The notes under the pieces: model-generated | The model's database searches: none | What the model was told of the DNA's origin: nothing | The model's input: the letters and a program-made list of their open reading frames with translations, nothing else | Shown: piece by piece, positions 20,352 to 30,412 of the stretch | Position numbering within the stretch: the stretch's first letter is position 1 | Layout: the number at the start of each line of letters is the position of its first letter | Position numbers and translations under genes: made by a program | Assembly: GCA_963803975.1 (NCBI GenBank) | Contig: CAWDOY010000003.1 | Span: 32,001-96,000 of the forward strand | DNA length: 64,000 nucleotides | Source of the DNA: an uncultured delta proteobacterium | GTDB lineage: Bacteria > Desulfobacterota > WTBG01 > CAIYCZ01 | Direction of reading: 5' to 3'

Positions 20352-20855
20352 TCACTTCCTTTTATCTACAAAGGGAATACTTTCTGCGAATTTGGTCTGA
20401 AGATCAATTACAAATGTTGCCATCCGCGGATCATTTTCACAGCCTATCTTAAACGCATAACTGCCTCCCGGCGGGAAATTCTCAGTATATGCATCCGACG
20501 TAACTGTCCTCAGGAACTGTCCCGATGCATCATTCCATCTAAGATTTACATAAACATATTCAATTTTCTTGCTGGTAATATTTTTAATCGTGCCCTCAAG
20601 ATAGCGCTTTTCCCCTTCAACAAAATCTCTGGTATATTCAAGAGCCAGTTGGGGTTCTATGCCAATTTTTACTATTTCCTTTGGGGCAATTTCCTTAAAA
20701 AATTCCTCCTTCTCTTTTACGCTCCCCTTATAGGCCACATAGAGCACAGCAAAAAAGATTATAAAACCGACCATGACGGCTGAAAAGGAGAACAAATCCT
20801 TTAGCCATTTTTTCTTTTCTTTTTTATCTGGTTCCTCACTATATCTGGTATCCAT
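20352..20855 (-). CDS. Membrane-anchored hypothetical protein, FxLYD-like domain
   Basis: One N-terminal TM helix followed by LEGTIKN...YVYVNLRWNDASGQFL...FPPGGSYAF. Confidence 0.6.
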   Translation of the reverse strand: MDTRYSEEPDKKEKKKWLKDLFSFSAVMVGFIIFFAVLYVAYKGSVKEKEEFFKEIAPKEIVKIGIEPQLALEYTRDFVEGEKRYLEGTIKNITSKKIEYVYVNLRWNDASGQFLRTVTSDAYTENFPPGGSYAFKIGCENDPRMATFVIDLQTKFAESIPFVDKRK

Positions 20856-20894
20856 TTGCCTTTCGCACAGTTATTGTTATCCGGGGGTACATAA

Positions 20895-22157
20895 TTAATG
20901 TCCTAATCTGATTAAATAATCGGTACTGAAATTATCCTTCGGTATTTCTTCACCTATAAACTGAGGATAACCTATTGCAGGAGTAGCATGGACTCTCTGG
21001 ACATCTACGGTATTAGAACTGAATACCGTAGTCACCATACCACCCTTGGAATTAACAGGAGCTGCAGTAAATTCAGTGGTTTTCCACAGCCGTCCCTGCT
21101 GGTCATATTGATCTTCATAAGGCATGCGCCACGTCTCAGGGTCGATCCAGCAGATTCTCTTGCTGTAAATATAATCGGTATCCTTGCTGATAAATTCGAC
21201 CACATAACAATTTATTCTCTCCCGTTGCGTACCGCTATGGTCGATGTTGCCTTTGGTCGGCGGAAGCGGTTTATCTGAATGCCTTCCCATAAGCACTTCC
21301 TGGGTCTTTAAGAGCCGGTATTTGTTCCTTCGGATGTGTCCATCCCATCCCCAGGTATCATCCCAGGTATTGTCTCCGCCGCCAACCGAATCGCCCCGCT
21401 GCGCGGTTGACATGCGCCGCACCCTCCTCATGGCCGGAACAAATGCCCAGGAATCATCTTCCTTGGTGGCATCCTTATAGCGAATACTGAGATTGCGGAT
21501 TCCACGCATATCTTGTGGTTCAATAAAGCAATAGATCAACCCTCTCCGGTATCCCTTGTTATTGTCCGGGAATTCCGGAATTGGCGGCACATCAGTCCTG
21601 CCGCTGAAATACATGCGCCATATTTTTACCCTTCCCAAAAATCGTTCGTTTTTCCGTTTGCCATCAATGAGCCACGCCCGGTTAGTTATTAATTCAGTAT
21701 CCCCGTGGGTGATGGCATCAAAATTCCAGGCGATTTCAGCACCTGTTTTGGGTTCAGGAAATGGTATGCCATTGACCCAGTTATGCAGTACTTCGTCATT
21801 ATCGACTGATGCTTTACCCGCTGCATCATTGGTAGCCTTTATTAATCCATCGGTTGGCTTGATATACTGATAGGGAATGATTGTGAACGAAACAGTTCCC
21901 CATTTTTCAGGATGCTTTATCCGGTCATAATAGGTTTCAGGCAGAAAGTCCTTAACGCCATCTACATTTGATGCATCAACGGTTTTCCCAGCCCACTGCT
22001 TTTCCCAGGCTCTCACCTCTTCAAGCTTCTGCCCCTCATAACTGGAATTGGGCCATTTCAATTCGGCACTCTGCACACCGGTCAGCATAAGAAATAATGT
22101 GCATGAAAACATGGTGGTAATTCCCATAACCCATTTTGATTTCATTCTTGCTTTCAT
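20895..22157 (-). CDS. DUF1329 (LolA-like) periplasmic protein, paralog 1
   Basis: Signal peptide; GIPFPEPKTGAEIAWN, VPAMRRVRR, YIYSKR, WIDPET and YDQQGRLWK motifs. Confidence 0.88.
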   Translation of the reverse strand: MKARMKSKWVMGITTMFSCTLFLMLTGVQSAELKWPNSSYEGQKLEEVRAWEKQWAGKTVDASNVDGVKDFLPETYYDRIKHPEKWGTVSFTIIPYQYIKPTDGLIKATNDAAGKASVDNDEVLHNWVNGIPFPEPKTGAEIAWNFDAITHGDTELITNRAWLIDGKRKNERFLGRVKIWRMYFSGRTDVPPIPEFPDNNKGYRRGLIYCFIEPQDMRGIRNLSIRYKDATKEDDSWAFVPAMRRVRRMSTAQRGDSVGGGDNTWDDTWGWDGHIRRNKYRLLKTQEVLMGRHSDKPLPPTKGNIDHSGTQRERINCYVVEFISKDTDYIYSKRICWIDPETWRMPYEDQYDQQGRLWKTTEFTAAPVNSKGGMVTTVFSSNTVDVQRVHATPAIGYPQFIGEEIPKDNFSTDYLIRLGH

Positions 22158-22181
22158 ATTCTCCCTCCTTTAAGTCCTCAT

Positions 22182-23623
22182 TTAAAACTCGTAGCGTATC
22201 TTAAAAGTAACTTCATCATTGTTTCTAAAAATACCCATACCTTCAGTTTTGTTATGTCCCCAATATACTCCGCCCCCCAGAATGAATCTCAAGTGACTTC
22301 CGATTTTATATTTAACAGAAGGCAGAAAGAATCCCCAGCCGGTTGTTGAATAGGCAACTAACATTGATGGAACAATGGAATCATTGCGAAAACCGGTCTC
22401 AAGAATTAATGTAAAGGCGGTAAAAGTGGTATCATTTGCACCCATATCCGCCGGTCTGACCCACCCGGGCGGGGGGTGCATAATATATCTCTGGAACATC
22501 TGCATGCTGATGAAGACGCTGCGGTAGTTATTCCATTCTGAGAGGTAGGGCACCATGGTGGGTCGGTCAAAGCCGATCATATAGGAAAACACATCTGATG
22601 ACCTGATTCCAAACGGGGGTGCTCCCGTTAGAGTGGTGTTAAACTTCTGTCCCATATTCAATCCCCACTCTCCGCGCAGCACCGCCTTGCTCCATTCATT
22701 ATAGCCGGTTACTGTTCCTCCCAGTACATTATAGCGCCTGTATTTAAATAATTTCTCTCCCCCAAATAAAACTCCTTTGATAAGCTTGTTCGCATTATCA
22801 GTAAAAATGGGATCATCGCTTCGTGTATAAAAATCATGAAGATTGATATCCCATCCTTTGATTTTTGCACTGATACGGAACCCTATCTCACCATTATTAA
22901 TGTCATTGTCCGGCCTTGATTGCTTGAAATTGAGCCAGAACTGCCGGGTAATAGCGGGGACTCCCCAGTTCATTCCGTTAGCTGCCAGTTGGGTAGGTTC
23001 AAAATCATAAGGTATATAGACCGTCTCAAAAGAGATATCCCCAGGAAGCTCAGTTTTATACCATGCTCTCATCATCCAGACGGGGATGACCAGGTCCTCC
23101 CAGGCTTCGAATGTCCAGTGCCATGACTGGTCCAGCGGGTTGATGATATCTGCAATGCGAAAGCCATCAGCCTCCCCCCAGGTAGCAACCTGTTTGCCAA
23201 TGCGAATCTGGAACGGTCCACTGGCAATATCTGTATAAATTTCCCTGAGCCGATTGTTGCCATTTTCATGTCTTAATCGGCTATGATCGCTTCTATTTGA
23301 AGCTCTGCTGTAATCCTGGTCAATGTCAAAAGCACTCTCATAGAAATCACGCAGGGTACCATAAAAGCTGACATTGTAATTAGGACACTCGATGAGTTTA
23401 TAACCCATTTCAAGATAAAAGGTATTCCGGCTATTGGAAAAATAGCCGCGATCCTCCTGCTTGGACTTCTGGGGACGCCAGGCGGTAAAATTTTCAAAGT
23501 ATCCTGATATGTCAAGCTTGCCGTCCAGATATTCCTTGGCATATCGCATCAGGCCCAGCTAACGAGAACAGCTGCAATCAGGACAGGAAAGAACAATGTA
23601 AATTGTTTGACTATTGTTTTCAT
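22182..23623 (-). CDS. DUF1302-like outer-membrane beta-barrel, paralog 1 (frameshift near 23555 separates the signal peptide)
   Basis: LREIY, RIGKQVATWGEADG..IADIINPLD and C-terminal IRYEF. Signal peptide MKTIVKQFTLFFPVLIAAVLV from ATG 23623 (GGAGGGG RBS) is out of frame. Confidence 0.82.
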
Positions 23624-23648
23624 AACCCCTCCATTGCTAAAAAGTTTT

Positions 23649-24098
23649 TTACCTGACAATGATCTTACCTTTGAACTCTTCTGTGCGAGAATAGGGGGTT
23701 GGTGATGGCCTCCTCACCGTATAATCGAATGTCCCCTTCTCGATAAAACAGAGGCTTGCCACCGCTCCCAAAGGAATTTTGTCAGAGATAAAGGAGCCCT
23801 GTGCATCCACCACGAAATGAACCGGCTTGTCGCAGGCAATGGTAACTTCCTTACCCGTAAACTGTATTTCCGCCATCTCCCGGGAGTAGTTCAGCCAGAT
23901 AACAGTGGTGCCGGAGTCAACGGTGACTGTCGGCGGGTTTATACCGGATATTGCTTGAAGAGAAATGACCTGATGGCCCTGAAGCTTTTTTTCAGGTATG
24001 ATCTTCCCCTCCTGGCTCCATGCAGTCGTCACCGTAACCAGGAAACTGCAAAAAATTCCTGTAACAAGTATGATCCTTAGATATGCTCGTTTTTTCAT
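23649..24098 (-). CDS. Secreted cupredoxin-fold protein lacking type-1 Cu ligands, paralog 1
   Basis: Signal peptide; PPTVTVDSGTTVIWLN and FIEKGTFDY...FKGKIIV; no C-x-x-H-x(n)-M loop. Confidence 0.7.
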   Translation of the reverse strand: MKKRAYLRIILVTGIFCSFLVTVTTAWSQEGKIIPEKKLQGHQVISLQAISGINPPTVTVDSGTTVIWLNYSREMAEIQFTGKEVTIACDKPVHFVVDAQGSFISDKIPLGAVASLCFIEKGTFDYTVRRPSPTPYSRTEEFKGKIIVR

Positions 24099-24141
24099 AA
24101 GCTACCCTCCTTCTTTTGTTATCTAGGTGCTTCTCAAAGGC

Positions 24142-26511
24142 TTACTTTGGCTCTCTGAGAAACTTTGGCTTAAATATCGCTATGAAACTGGGAACAAGAA
24201 GCAGAGCCCCGAGCGCATTAAAGAACAAAAGAATTGCGAGCAGGATTCCCATCTCTGCCTGGAACCGTAATGAAGAAAAGTACCATGAAATAAGCCCAAG
24301 CAGCAGCGTAGAGGCAATAATCAAGACCGCCTTTCCGTTGCTTTTCAAAGCTTCAGCGACCGCTGCATTCAGGTCATCAGTTTTTTCTCGTTCTTCCAGT
24401 ATCCGGCTCAACAGGTACAGCCCGTAATCAATTCCCAACCCGATTCCAACCGATGAAACCGGGTACGTGCCCACCGTAAGCCCGATCTGAAAAATCCCCA
24501 TATAGGCAAAGGCAAACAGGTTGGATATGGCCAGAGGCACCACCAGGATGATCCCCGCTACTATTGAGCGGTACGTGAGGGCACAGAATACAAACACACC
24601 AAACAGGGCAAGCGTGAGGTTCCATATCTCTGACCTCTCAATGACCTCGTTCGTGGCTGCTTCGACACCTACCACACCACCACCTAATTTATAGCGACCT
24701 TCCTTTAACTGAGAATGTTTTTCTATAAAGGTCTTTGCCTCCTGTATGACGTGCCTGACGGTATCGCCTTTCCGGTCTTTGGCATAACAGATCAGATTTC
24801 CTTCCTGATTATTGTGGGTAATGTATTTATCAAAGTCGCCGGCATCTGAACTGGTAAGAAGTTGATAAAAGAAGTTACCTATGTCACTTGCCGTGTCAGG
24901 GATGATTTCCCATTTGGGATAGTATTCACGTAATTGCATATTAATCTTTTTAATCAAATCAACCATGGAAAGGGTGCTGATCACCAGGGGAGATTTTGCC
25001 ATGTAGCGCTGAAATGCCTCTATATCCCGGTGTACGCCTGGTTGTTTCATTGCTTCCGGTTCATTTCCCTCCATGACAATATACAGCGGTGTCTGCAGCC
25101 CGGGAAATTTATTATCAATTCGTTGCACATCGAGATTGTATCGTGAGTCCGGCCACAGCAGGGATGATCCCGGGTAAACATCTCCGGTCGTCATCTTGTT
25201 TGCATAACCGAAGCTTATGACAACTAATACGATGGTACCGGCAAGGATAACCCAGCAGCCCTTGCCCATAATCCAATAGCCCATCCTGGGCATCAATCTA
25301 TCAATGATATCCTGTTTCAGCGTTCCGTCCTGCAATTCCTGTGCTTTCTTTTTCATGCCCCTGGCTTCCGGCATGTAGGAAAGCACGACCGGTGTAAAGA
25401 CAAGAGCAAAGATAATGGTGGCAATAGACCAGAAAGCACAGGTAATAGAGATTTTCTGCAAAATGGGAATAGGCGCCAATGCCACTAACCCGATGCCGAA
25501 AGCATCCGTGACGATTCCTGTCACACCGGCCATAAACATTGCCTCAACCACGTTGCCGGCGGCAGTGCGTGAATTCCCAACCAGTACATATTCCTCCATG
25601 TAGCGATTCACCTTCTGCATGGCATGACGAGCAGTCATGAGAGCTATAAGAAAGGGAAGTACCAGCACCAGAGGATCCAGGTTGAAACCCATTAACGCCA
25701 TGAACCCTAATCCCCAGATCCCGCTTAACACTGCTGCAAGGATTGGGACAAACATCGCCCTTTTGGATTGATAGGTAAAATACATGTAAATTAGTACCAC
25801 CACGGTAGAGAGTACCAGAATGAGCACAACTTCGCCCACCAGATCGCGCACGATACCCAGGAGCACAGGGTTACCAACAATAGAAACAGTGGTATTCTTA
25901 TCCTCGTACTTGTTTCTAATCTCATGTAACGTATTAAACAGGTATTGATAGTCAACATCTTCTTCAAAAAAATCGGATAGGATAAGGGCTGCCTTGCTAT
26001 CCATGGAAACAAGGCTGCCATAAATGAGATCATTTGAATAAATTGCCCGTTTCAGTTTTTTCATCTCATCGTCATTTTGAGGCACATAGGGAAACATGAT
26101 CGAGGTTGTTTCAATGCCCCAGTCAGTCACTTTCAGATCCTTTACTTTTCTCTGGGCAATAGAGAGAATCTTGTAGCGGTCAACGCCGGGAATCTTTACC
26201 AATTCCTCTGAGATATTTTTAATTGTACTCAGCGTTTTTTTATTGAAGATGGTCCCCTCTTTTACTTCTACAGAAATCAACAGCAGGTTGGCACCGCCAA
26301 ATATCTCGCGGAATTTATTATGTATCTTTACATAGGGATGGCTCTGCGGCAGCAGGTCGCCAAAATCAGTAAACACGCGCAGTTTGGTTATCTGGTAGGC
26401 AAAAAACAGGGTAATTGCAATAACTGCCATAAGGATCGAAAATCGCCAGCCGATAACAAAATTTGCTATGCGCTGCCCGCCGGTTTTTTTCTGTTGTTCC
26501 ATGTTCTCCAT
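24142..26511 (-). CDS. MMPL/RND-family transporter, paralog 1
   Basis: Two-repeat topology; LLPQSHPY, FGGAN and GIGLGIDYGLY motifs. Confidence 0.92.
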   Translation of the reverse strand: MENMEQQKKTGGQRIANFVIGWRFSILMAVIAITLFFAYQITKLRVFTDFGDLLPQSHPYVKIHNKFREIFGGANLLLISVEVKEGTIFNKKTLSTIKNISEELVKIPGVDRYKILSIAQRKVKDLKVTDWGIETTSIMFPYVPQNDDEMKKLKRAIYSNDLIYGSLVSMDSKAALILSDFFEEDVDYQYLFNTLHEIRNKYEDKNTTVSIVGNPVLLGIVRDLVGEVVLILVLSTVVVLIYMYFTYQSKRAMFVPILAAVLSGIWGLGFMALMGFNLDPLVLVLPFLIALMTARHAMQKVNRYMEEYVLVGNSRTAAGNVVEAMFMAGVTGIVTDAFGIGLVALAPIPILQKISITCAFWSIATIIFALVFTPVVLSYMPEARGMKKKAQELQDGTLKQDIIDRLMPRMGYWIMGKGCWVILAGTIVLVVISFGYANKMTTGDVYPGSSLLWPDSRYNLDVQRIDNKFPGLQTPLYIVMEGNEPEAMKQPGVHRDIEAFQRYMAKSPLVISTLSMVDLIKKINMQLREYYPKWEIIPDTASDIGNFFYQLLTSSDAGDFDKYITHNNQEGNLICYAKDRKGDTVRHVIQEAKTFIEKHSQLKEGRYKLGGGVVGVEAATNEVIERSEIWNLTLALFGVFVFCALTYRSIVAGIILVVPLAISNLFAFAYMGIFQIGLTVGTYPVSSVGIGLGIDYGLYLLSRILEEREKTDDLNAAVAEALKSNGKAVLIIASTLLLGLISWYFSSLRFQAEMGILLAILLFFNALGALLLVPSFIAIFKPKFLREPK

Positions 26512-26559
26512 CAACGCCCTAACCCCTCTGATATGTCCTCTAAGAAGTCTCTGAAACTG

Positions 26560-27600
26560 CTACTCTTCTGTTATGGATGTCCCGGAGATGATCTCCCAGG
26601 AACTCCCCTGATTTGATGTGCGGACAACAGTTCCATGAGCTCCTACTATCCAGCCCTCCTGTGAGTCATCTGCAAAAGCAATGTCCATAAGCCAGGATTT
26701 CGAATTAATGGCTTTTTCCATCTCTTTCCAGGTAGCACCACTGTCGTTTGAAACAATAAATGCACCCCGAGTGCCGACTGCAAACCCCTTGTCCCCGATA
26801 AACTTCATGCTGTAGAGATGTTTACTGGTGCCGCTGTCTTTTTTCTTCCAGTTCCGGCCCCCATCTTCAGTGGCTATCATAATCCCGTCCATCCCGATAG
26901 CCCATCCCCGTTGCTGATCCTTAAAAAATACTCCATACAGCGAGACAGTGCCAACCCCGCTCTCCTGTTTTACCCAGGTTTTGCCCCCATCTGCCGTATG
27001 ATAGATGGTCCCGTATTCCCCGACAACCCAGCCGTTAAGATTATCTGCAAAATAAAGGCTGTTATATAACCGGTCTTCATCCTCTTTTTGAATGCTCCAT
27101 GATGCACCGCCGTCAGCGGTGTGAATAATTATTCCATTCATGCCATAGCCCGTCGCCCAGCCATTCTTTTCATCAACAAACATTACTTCATAGAGAGTGG
27201 CCTTGGTGGGGCTGGTTTGGGCGACCCACGTTGCACCGCCATCAGCCGTGTGGAGGATCGTGCCGTGCCTGCCGACTACCCACCCTTTTTTCTGATTCAC
27301 GAACGCAACGCCGTACAACTCATCAATGGTGTTGCTTTTCTGCTGAATCCAGTCTTTGCCACCGTTGCTGCTGTGGTAGATCTTTCCATAATAGCCTGCA
27401 CACCACACTGATGAGCCGCCCTTGGAATCTATGCTGTAGAGGTTATCGATATAGGTAATAGGGGAGGGTGTGAGGGACCTGTTTTGCGCAGAGGAATTTG
27501 CAGTATCTTGCTCTGCACAGCCGCTCAGGGCAGATGTGACAAGAAGGCAAGTAATGGTTAAAACAAACGCTGAGCCCGATATTTTTTTTGCGAAAGACAT
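26560..27600 (-). CDS. YCF48-like BNR-repeat beta-propeller lipoprotein, paralog 1
   Basis: Lipobox LSGC; repeated GWxVGxxGTIxHTxDGGxTW. Confidence 0.9.
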   Translation of the reverse strand: MSFAKKISGSAFVLTITCLLVTSALSGCAEQDTANSSAQNRSLTPSPITYIDNLYSIDSKGGSSVWCAGYYGKIYHSSNGGKDWIQQKSNTIDELYGVAFVNQKKGWVVGRHGTILHTADGGATWVAQTSPTKATLYEVMFVDEKNGWATGYGMNGIIIHTADGGASWSIQKEDEDRLYNSLYFADNLNGWVVGEYGTIYHTADGGKTWVKQESGVGTVSLYGVFFKDQQRGWAIGMDGIMIATEDGGRNWKKKDSGTSKHLYSMKFIGDKGFAVGTRGAFIVSNDSGATWKEMEKAINSKSWLMDIAFADDSQEGWIVGAHGTVVRTSNQGSSWEIISGTSITEE

Positions 27601-27708
27601 GTCTTTTAGCCCCTCTTCTATCCATGAGGATAGAATACTGTGTACGGACAAAAAAACTCTTTCCCCTTATTCAGTATGCGTATCGCGGCTTAACTATATA
27701 TGCTGCTC

Positions 27709-27726
27709 TGATGATAGACTTCATCA
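27709..27726. promoter_or_regulatory. Candidate operator palindrome upstream of module 1
   Basis: TGATGA-tagact-TCATCA in the TetR/YCF48 spacer, near a minus-strand TTGACA (27747-27742). Confidence 0.3.
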
Positions 27727-27827
27727 AACAGGTAGCGTTAGTGTCAAAATAGCTCCGGTATATTTTAGGTTTAAAGAGTTTCAATGGTATAATTTCCAGA
27801 CTGCCGAAATCTGTAAGTGCGCTGCAT

Positions 27828-28442
27828 TTAGCCTGAAGATTTCTCGTCCCTGGTCAGTCCGTCTGCAATCAGATTAATGAGAATATTTTTAAACTCATCA
27901 AAATTGTCAACTCCCAGATTCTGCTTATGATAACACACAAAACAAAACGCACGGATAATCCCGACAAGAATTTCGATTTTCTGTTTTTTAATTTGTTTTT
28001 TTTCCAGCAGCTTTTTAAAAAATAAATGCAATATTCTGACGTCATCATTTACTAATTCCTCATATTTGCCCCGGGGCAATTTTATTTTCAGTATATCCTT
28101 GGCATCGTAGATATAAAATTCAATTATATGTCTTTTAGTTTCTATATAATCAGCAGCGAATGTCATAAGAGCTTTAAAATATTCTTGTGCTGATAAATCT
28201 GATTCGAGCAGGTCATCCATGAATTTCCTGCGTATATTCACCTCATGCTTTAATACCTCTACAAAAAGATCCTCCTTGGAATTAAAGAAGTTATAAAAGG
28301 TGCCCTTTCCTATGCCGACTAATTTTGTTATGTCTTCGATACCCGTTTTTCTAAGCCCGTAGCGGGAGAAACAGTGACTCCCCTTTTCTAAAAGCTGTTT
28401 TCGAATGACTTCCTTTTCAGTTTCGGTAAATGTTCGCGGCAT
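27828..28442 (-). CDS. TetR/AcrR-family transcriptional regulator
   Basis: FSRYGLRKTGIEDITKLVGIGKGTFYNFFNSKEDLF HTH motif. Confidence 0.93.
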   Translation of the reverse strand: MPRTFTETEKEVIRKQLLEKGSHCFSRYGLRKTGIEDITKLVGIGKGTFYNFFNSKEDLFVEVLKHEVNIRRKFMDDLLESDLSAQEYFKALMTFAADYIETKRHIIEFYIYDAKDILKIKLPRGKYEELVNDDVRILHLFFKKLLEKKQIKKQKIEILVGIIRAFCFVCYHKQNLGVDNFDEFKNILINLIADGLTRDEKSSG

Positions 28443-28591
28443 ACAAGGCTTTCATTGAATATATGACTTATGTTGTCATTATAGTCACTGCTACCGTACT
28501 GTAAATAGCATGTCAAGAGTTTTTATGTAAAATGTTAAAAAAAAGAGAACGGTAAAAATAGTCACAAAATAATAAAATATTATCTCGGGCG

Positions 28592-30316
28592 CTACTTCAT
28601 ACCGAATTTTATCGGCTCCATGCCGTTCATCTGCCGCAGTCCGTTAATAGCATCTGCCAACGGCTGGGGAACGTTTGCCAGCTCTTCTTCAGTGAACACA
28701 TAGCGGCCGGGAGCGCAGACATTATTCGGGTCCAGCACCTTCCTGAACTTTCTCAGAAGAAGATGCACATTGGGCCCCATCTCCGGGAAAAACGAGGTGA
28801 GCGGTTCAAGACTTGCTCCAAAACCGGTTACCCCTGGGCCGATCTTATCAGCCATTGACTTTCCGATGCCGAACATCATAAGCTGCTGGGCCTTCATCAG
28901 TGCCTGGGGATCCATGCCGTTGGGATAGACATCAGCTTCGGTCAAAAAACTCCTTCCGCACGGGTCGGCGGCATACATGAACGGGGTGTTATCTACTCCG
29001 CCGCGGTCAGTAATATACGTCTCGCCAATGGTATTAATTGCTTTTGTCCATAAATCCTGCGCTTCCCTGCCGATGTCAGGGTCACCGCAGCAGAACCAGG
29101 TGTCCAGATAATAAAACCGCGACATGCGGTAGCCGCACACGTGCCTGATGCAATCAAGGTTCCAGGGACTCAGGGCGGCAAGAACCTCAGGCTTGTATTC
29201 TGCCGATAGAAACGTACCTCCCAGTCGCTCTATGATTTTTCTCAGGACCTTTTCCTCGTAGTCAAGCTGCTTGTCCGCTACGTATGCGCCGCTGATGACA
29301 TAAATATTATAGGGAGGGAAAAAGTTTTCCTGTACCCGTTTAAGCGTCAGCTCCTGGGTCGCAGAACAGTAATATGCGTTATAAATGCCCGTGGCATTCA
29401 ATCCGATGCCGATTCCTGCGTGCGCCACATCCCGCAGCGCCTGTATCTCCGTTTCCATGTCGGGAAGCTCGATCCAGTGCAGGCGATAGTTCTGCGGCGG
29501 GTTGACCGTATCGTGCCGGTCGTCATAATAGGTTCTGATGCAGGGTCTTCCTGCTGCCGGCTCCGGCAGGATTTCTCCACCCGGCCATGGGTGCAGTTTT
29601 ACGGTTACCTCGGCTACAATTCCCGATGCCCCCGAACTCCCTCTGAACATGCTGTAGAGATCAGGGCCCGGAGCGTATTCATAAAAGTCGTCCACTCCTT
29701 CCACCGCCTGCGAGCCGGTTTTAAGAAGCTCACCATCGGGCAGCACCAGGGTAAACCCGACGATATTTTTACAGATGGTGCCGTACTTTTTGCTTGTTTG
29801 CCAGAGTCCGGCCAGAACCGCCTGTGATGATATCTTGCACAGAGATGTCGCCAGGGGCGTGCCGCCGTTCCAGAGCCCGCGCTTCATGGCCTCTGCCTGC
29901 ACCTGTCCGTAATCCACATAGGGCTGGACGCGCATGGTCATTGCGTCTTCATCTATTTCGATAATCTGATTCATTCTGCTGTAGTGGATACAAACAGTCG
30001 GGGCAGGCGTTGTGGGCATACAGGCAATGCCGAGCTGGCCGTTGGTCATTGAGATAAAAGGAACTTTATATTTGTTGGCAATCCGGACAACAGCCTGTAT
30101 CTCTTCTGTCGTTCCGGGCAAAATAATACAGGCAGGGATGTTGGAAGGATCTTTTGCGTGTTTTTTCAGGTATCCAATTATATCGATCCCGAACCTGCTG
30201 TAGGTTTCTATAACCGCACGGTCCTGGCTGATATAGTCTTTCCCTACAACAGCTTCAAGTTCTGCGTAGATTGCCGGAGGCAGACGGTTTGCCCTGACTG
30301 CTTTCTTTTCTTCCAT
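28592..30316 (-). CDS. FAD-binding oxidoreductase (VAO/PCMH/D-LDH superfamily), copy B
   Basis: PACIILPGTTEEIQAVVRIAN, RMNQIIEID, VLPDGELLKTG and LDPNNVCAPG motifs. Confidence 0.88.
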   Translation of the reverse strand: MEEKKAVRANRLPPAIYAELEAVVGKDYISQDRAVIETYSRFGIDIIGYLKKHAKDPSNIPACIILPGTTEEIQAVVRIANKYKVPFISMTNGQLGIACMPTTPAPTVCIHYSRMNQIIEIDEDAMTMRVQPYVDYGQVQAEAMKRGLWNGGTPLATSLCKISSQAVLAGLWQTSKKYGTICKNIVGFTLVLPDGELLKTGSQAVEGVDDFYEYAPGPDLYSMFRGSSGASGIVAEVTVKLHPWPGGEILPEPAAGRPCIRTYYDDRHDTVNPPQNYRLHWIELPDMETEIQALRDVAHAGIGIGLNATGIYNAYYCSATQELTLKRVQENFFPPYNIYVISGAYVADKQLDYEEKVLRKIIERLGGTFLSAEYKPEVLAALSPWNLDCIRHVCGYRMSRFYYLDTWFCCGDPDIGREAQDLWTKAINTIGETYITDRGGVDNTPFMYAADPCGRSFLTEADVYPNGMDPQALMKAQQLMMFGIGKSMADKIGPGVTGFGASLEPLTSFFPEMGPNVHLLLRKFRKVLDPNNVCAPGRYVFTEEELANVPQPLADAINGLRQMNGMEPIKFGMK

Positions 30317-30412
30317 AGTGCAACACCTTTGTCTTAAAATCCAGTTGTCAGCCGTCAGGAGTCAGAATCATTTCATTCTGATTTTCGGATTCTGTCTTCT
30401 GAATTCTGTAGT

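Noticed and set aside
26560..27600. Photosystem II assembly factor
   Set aside because: YCF48 is only the fold label here; there are no photosynthesis genes.
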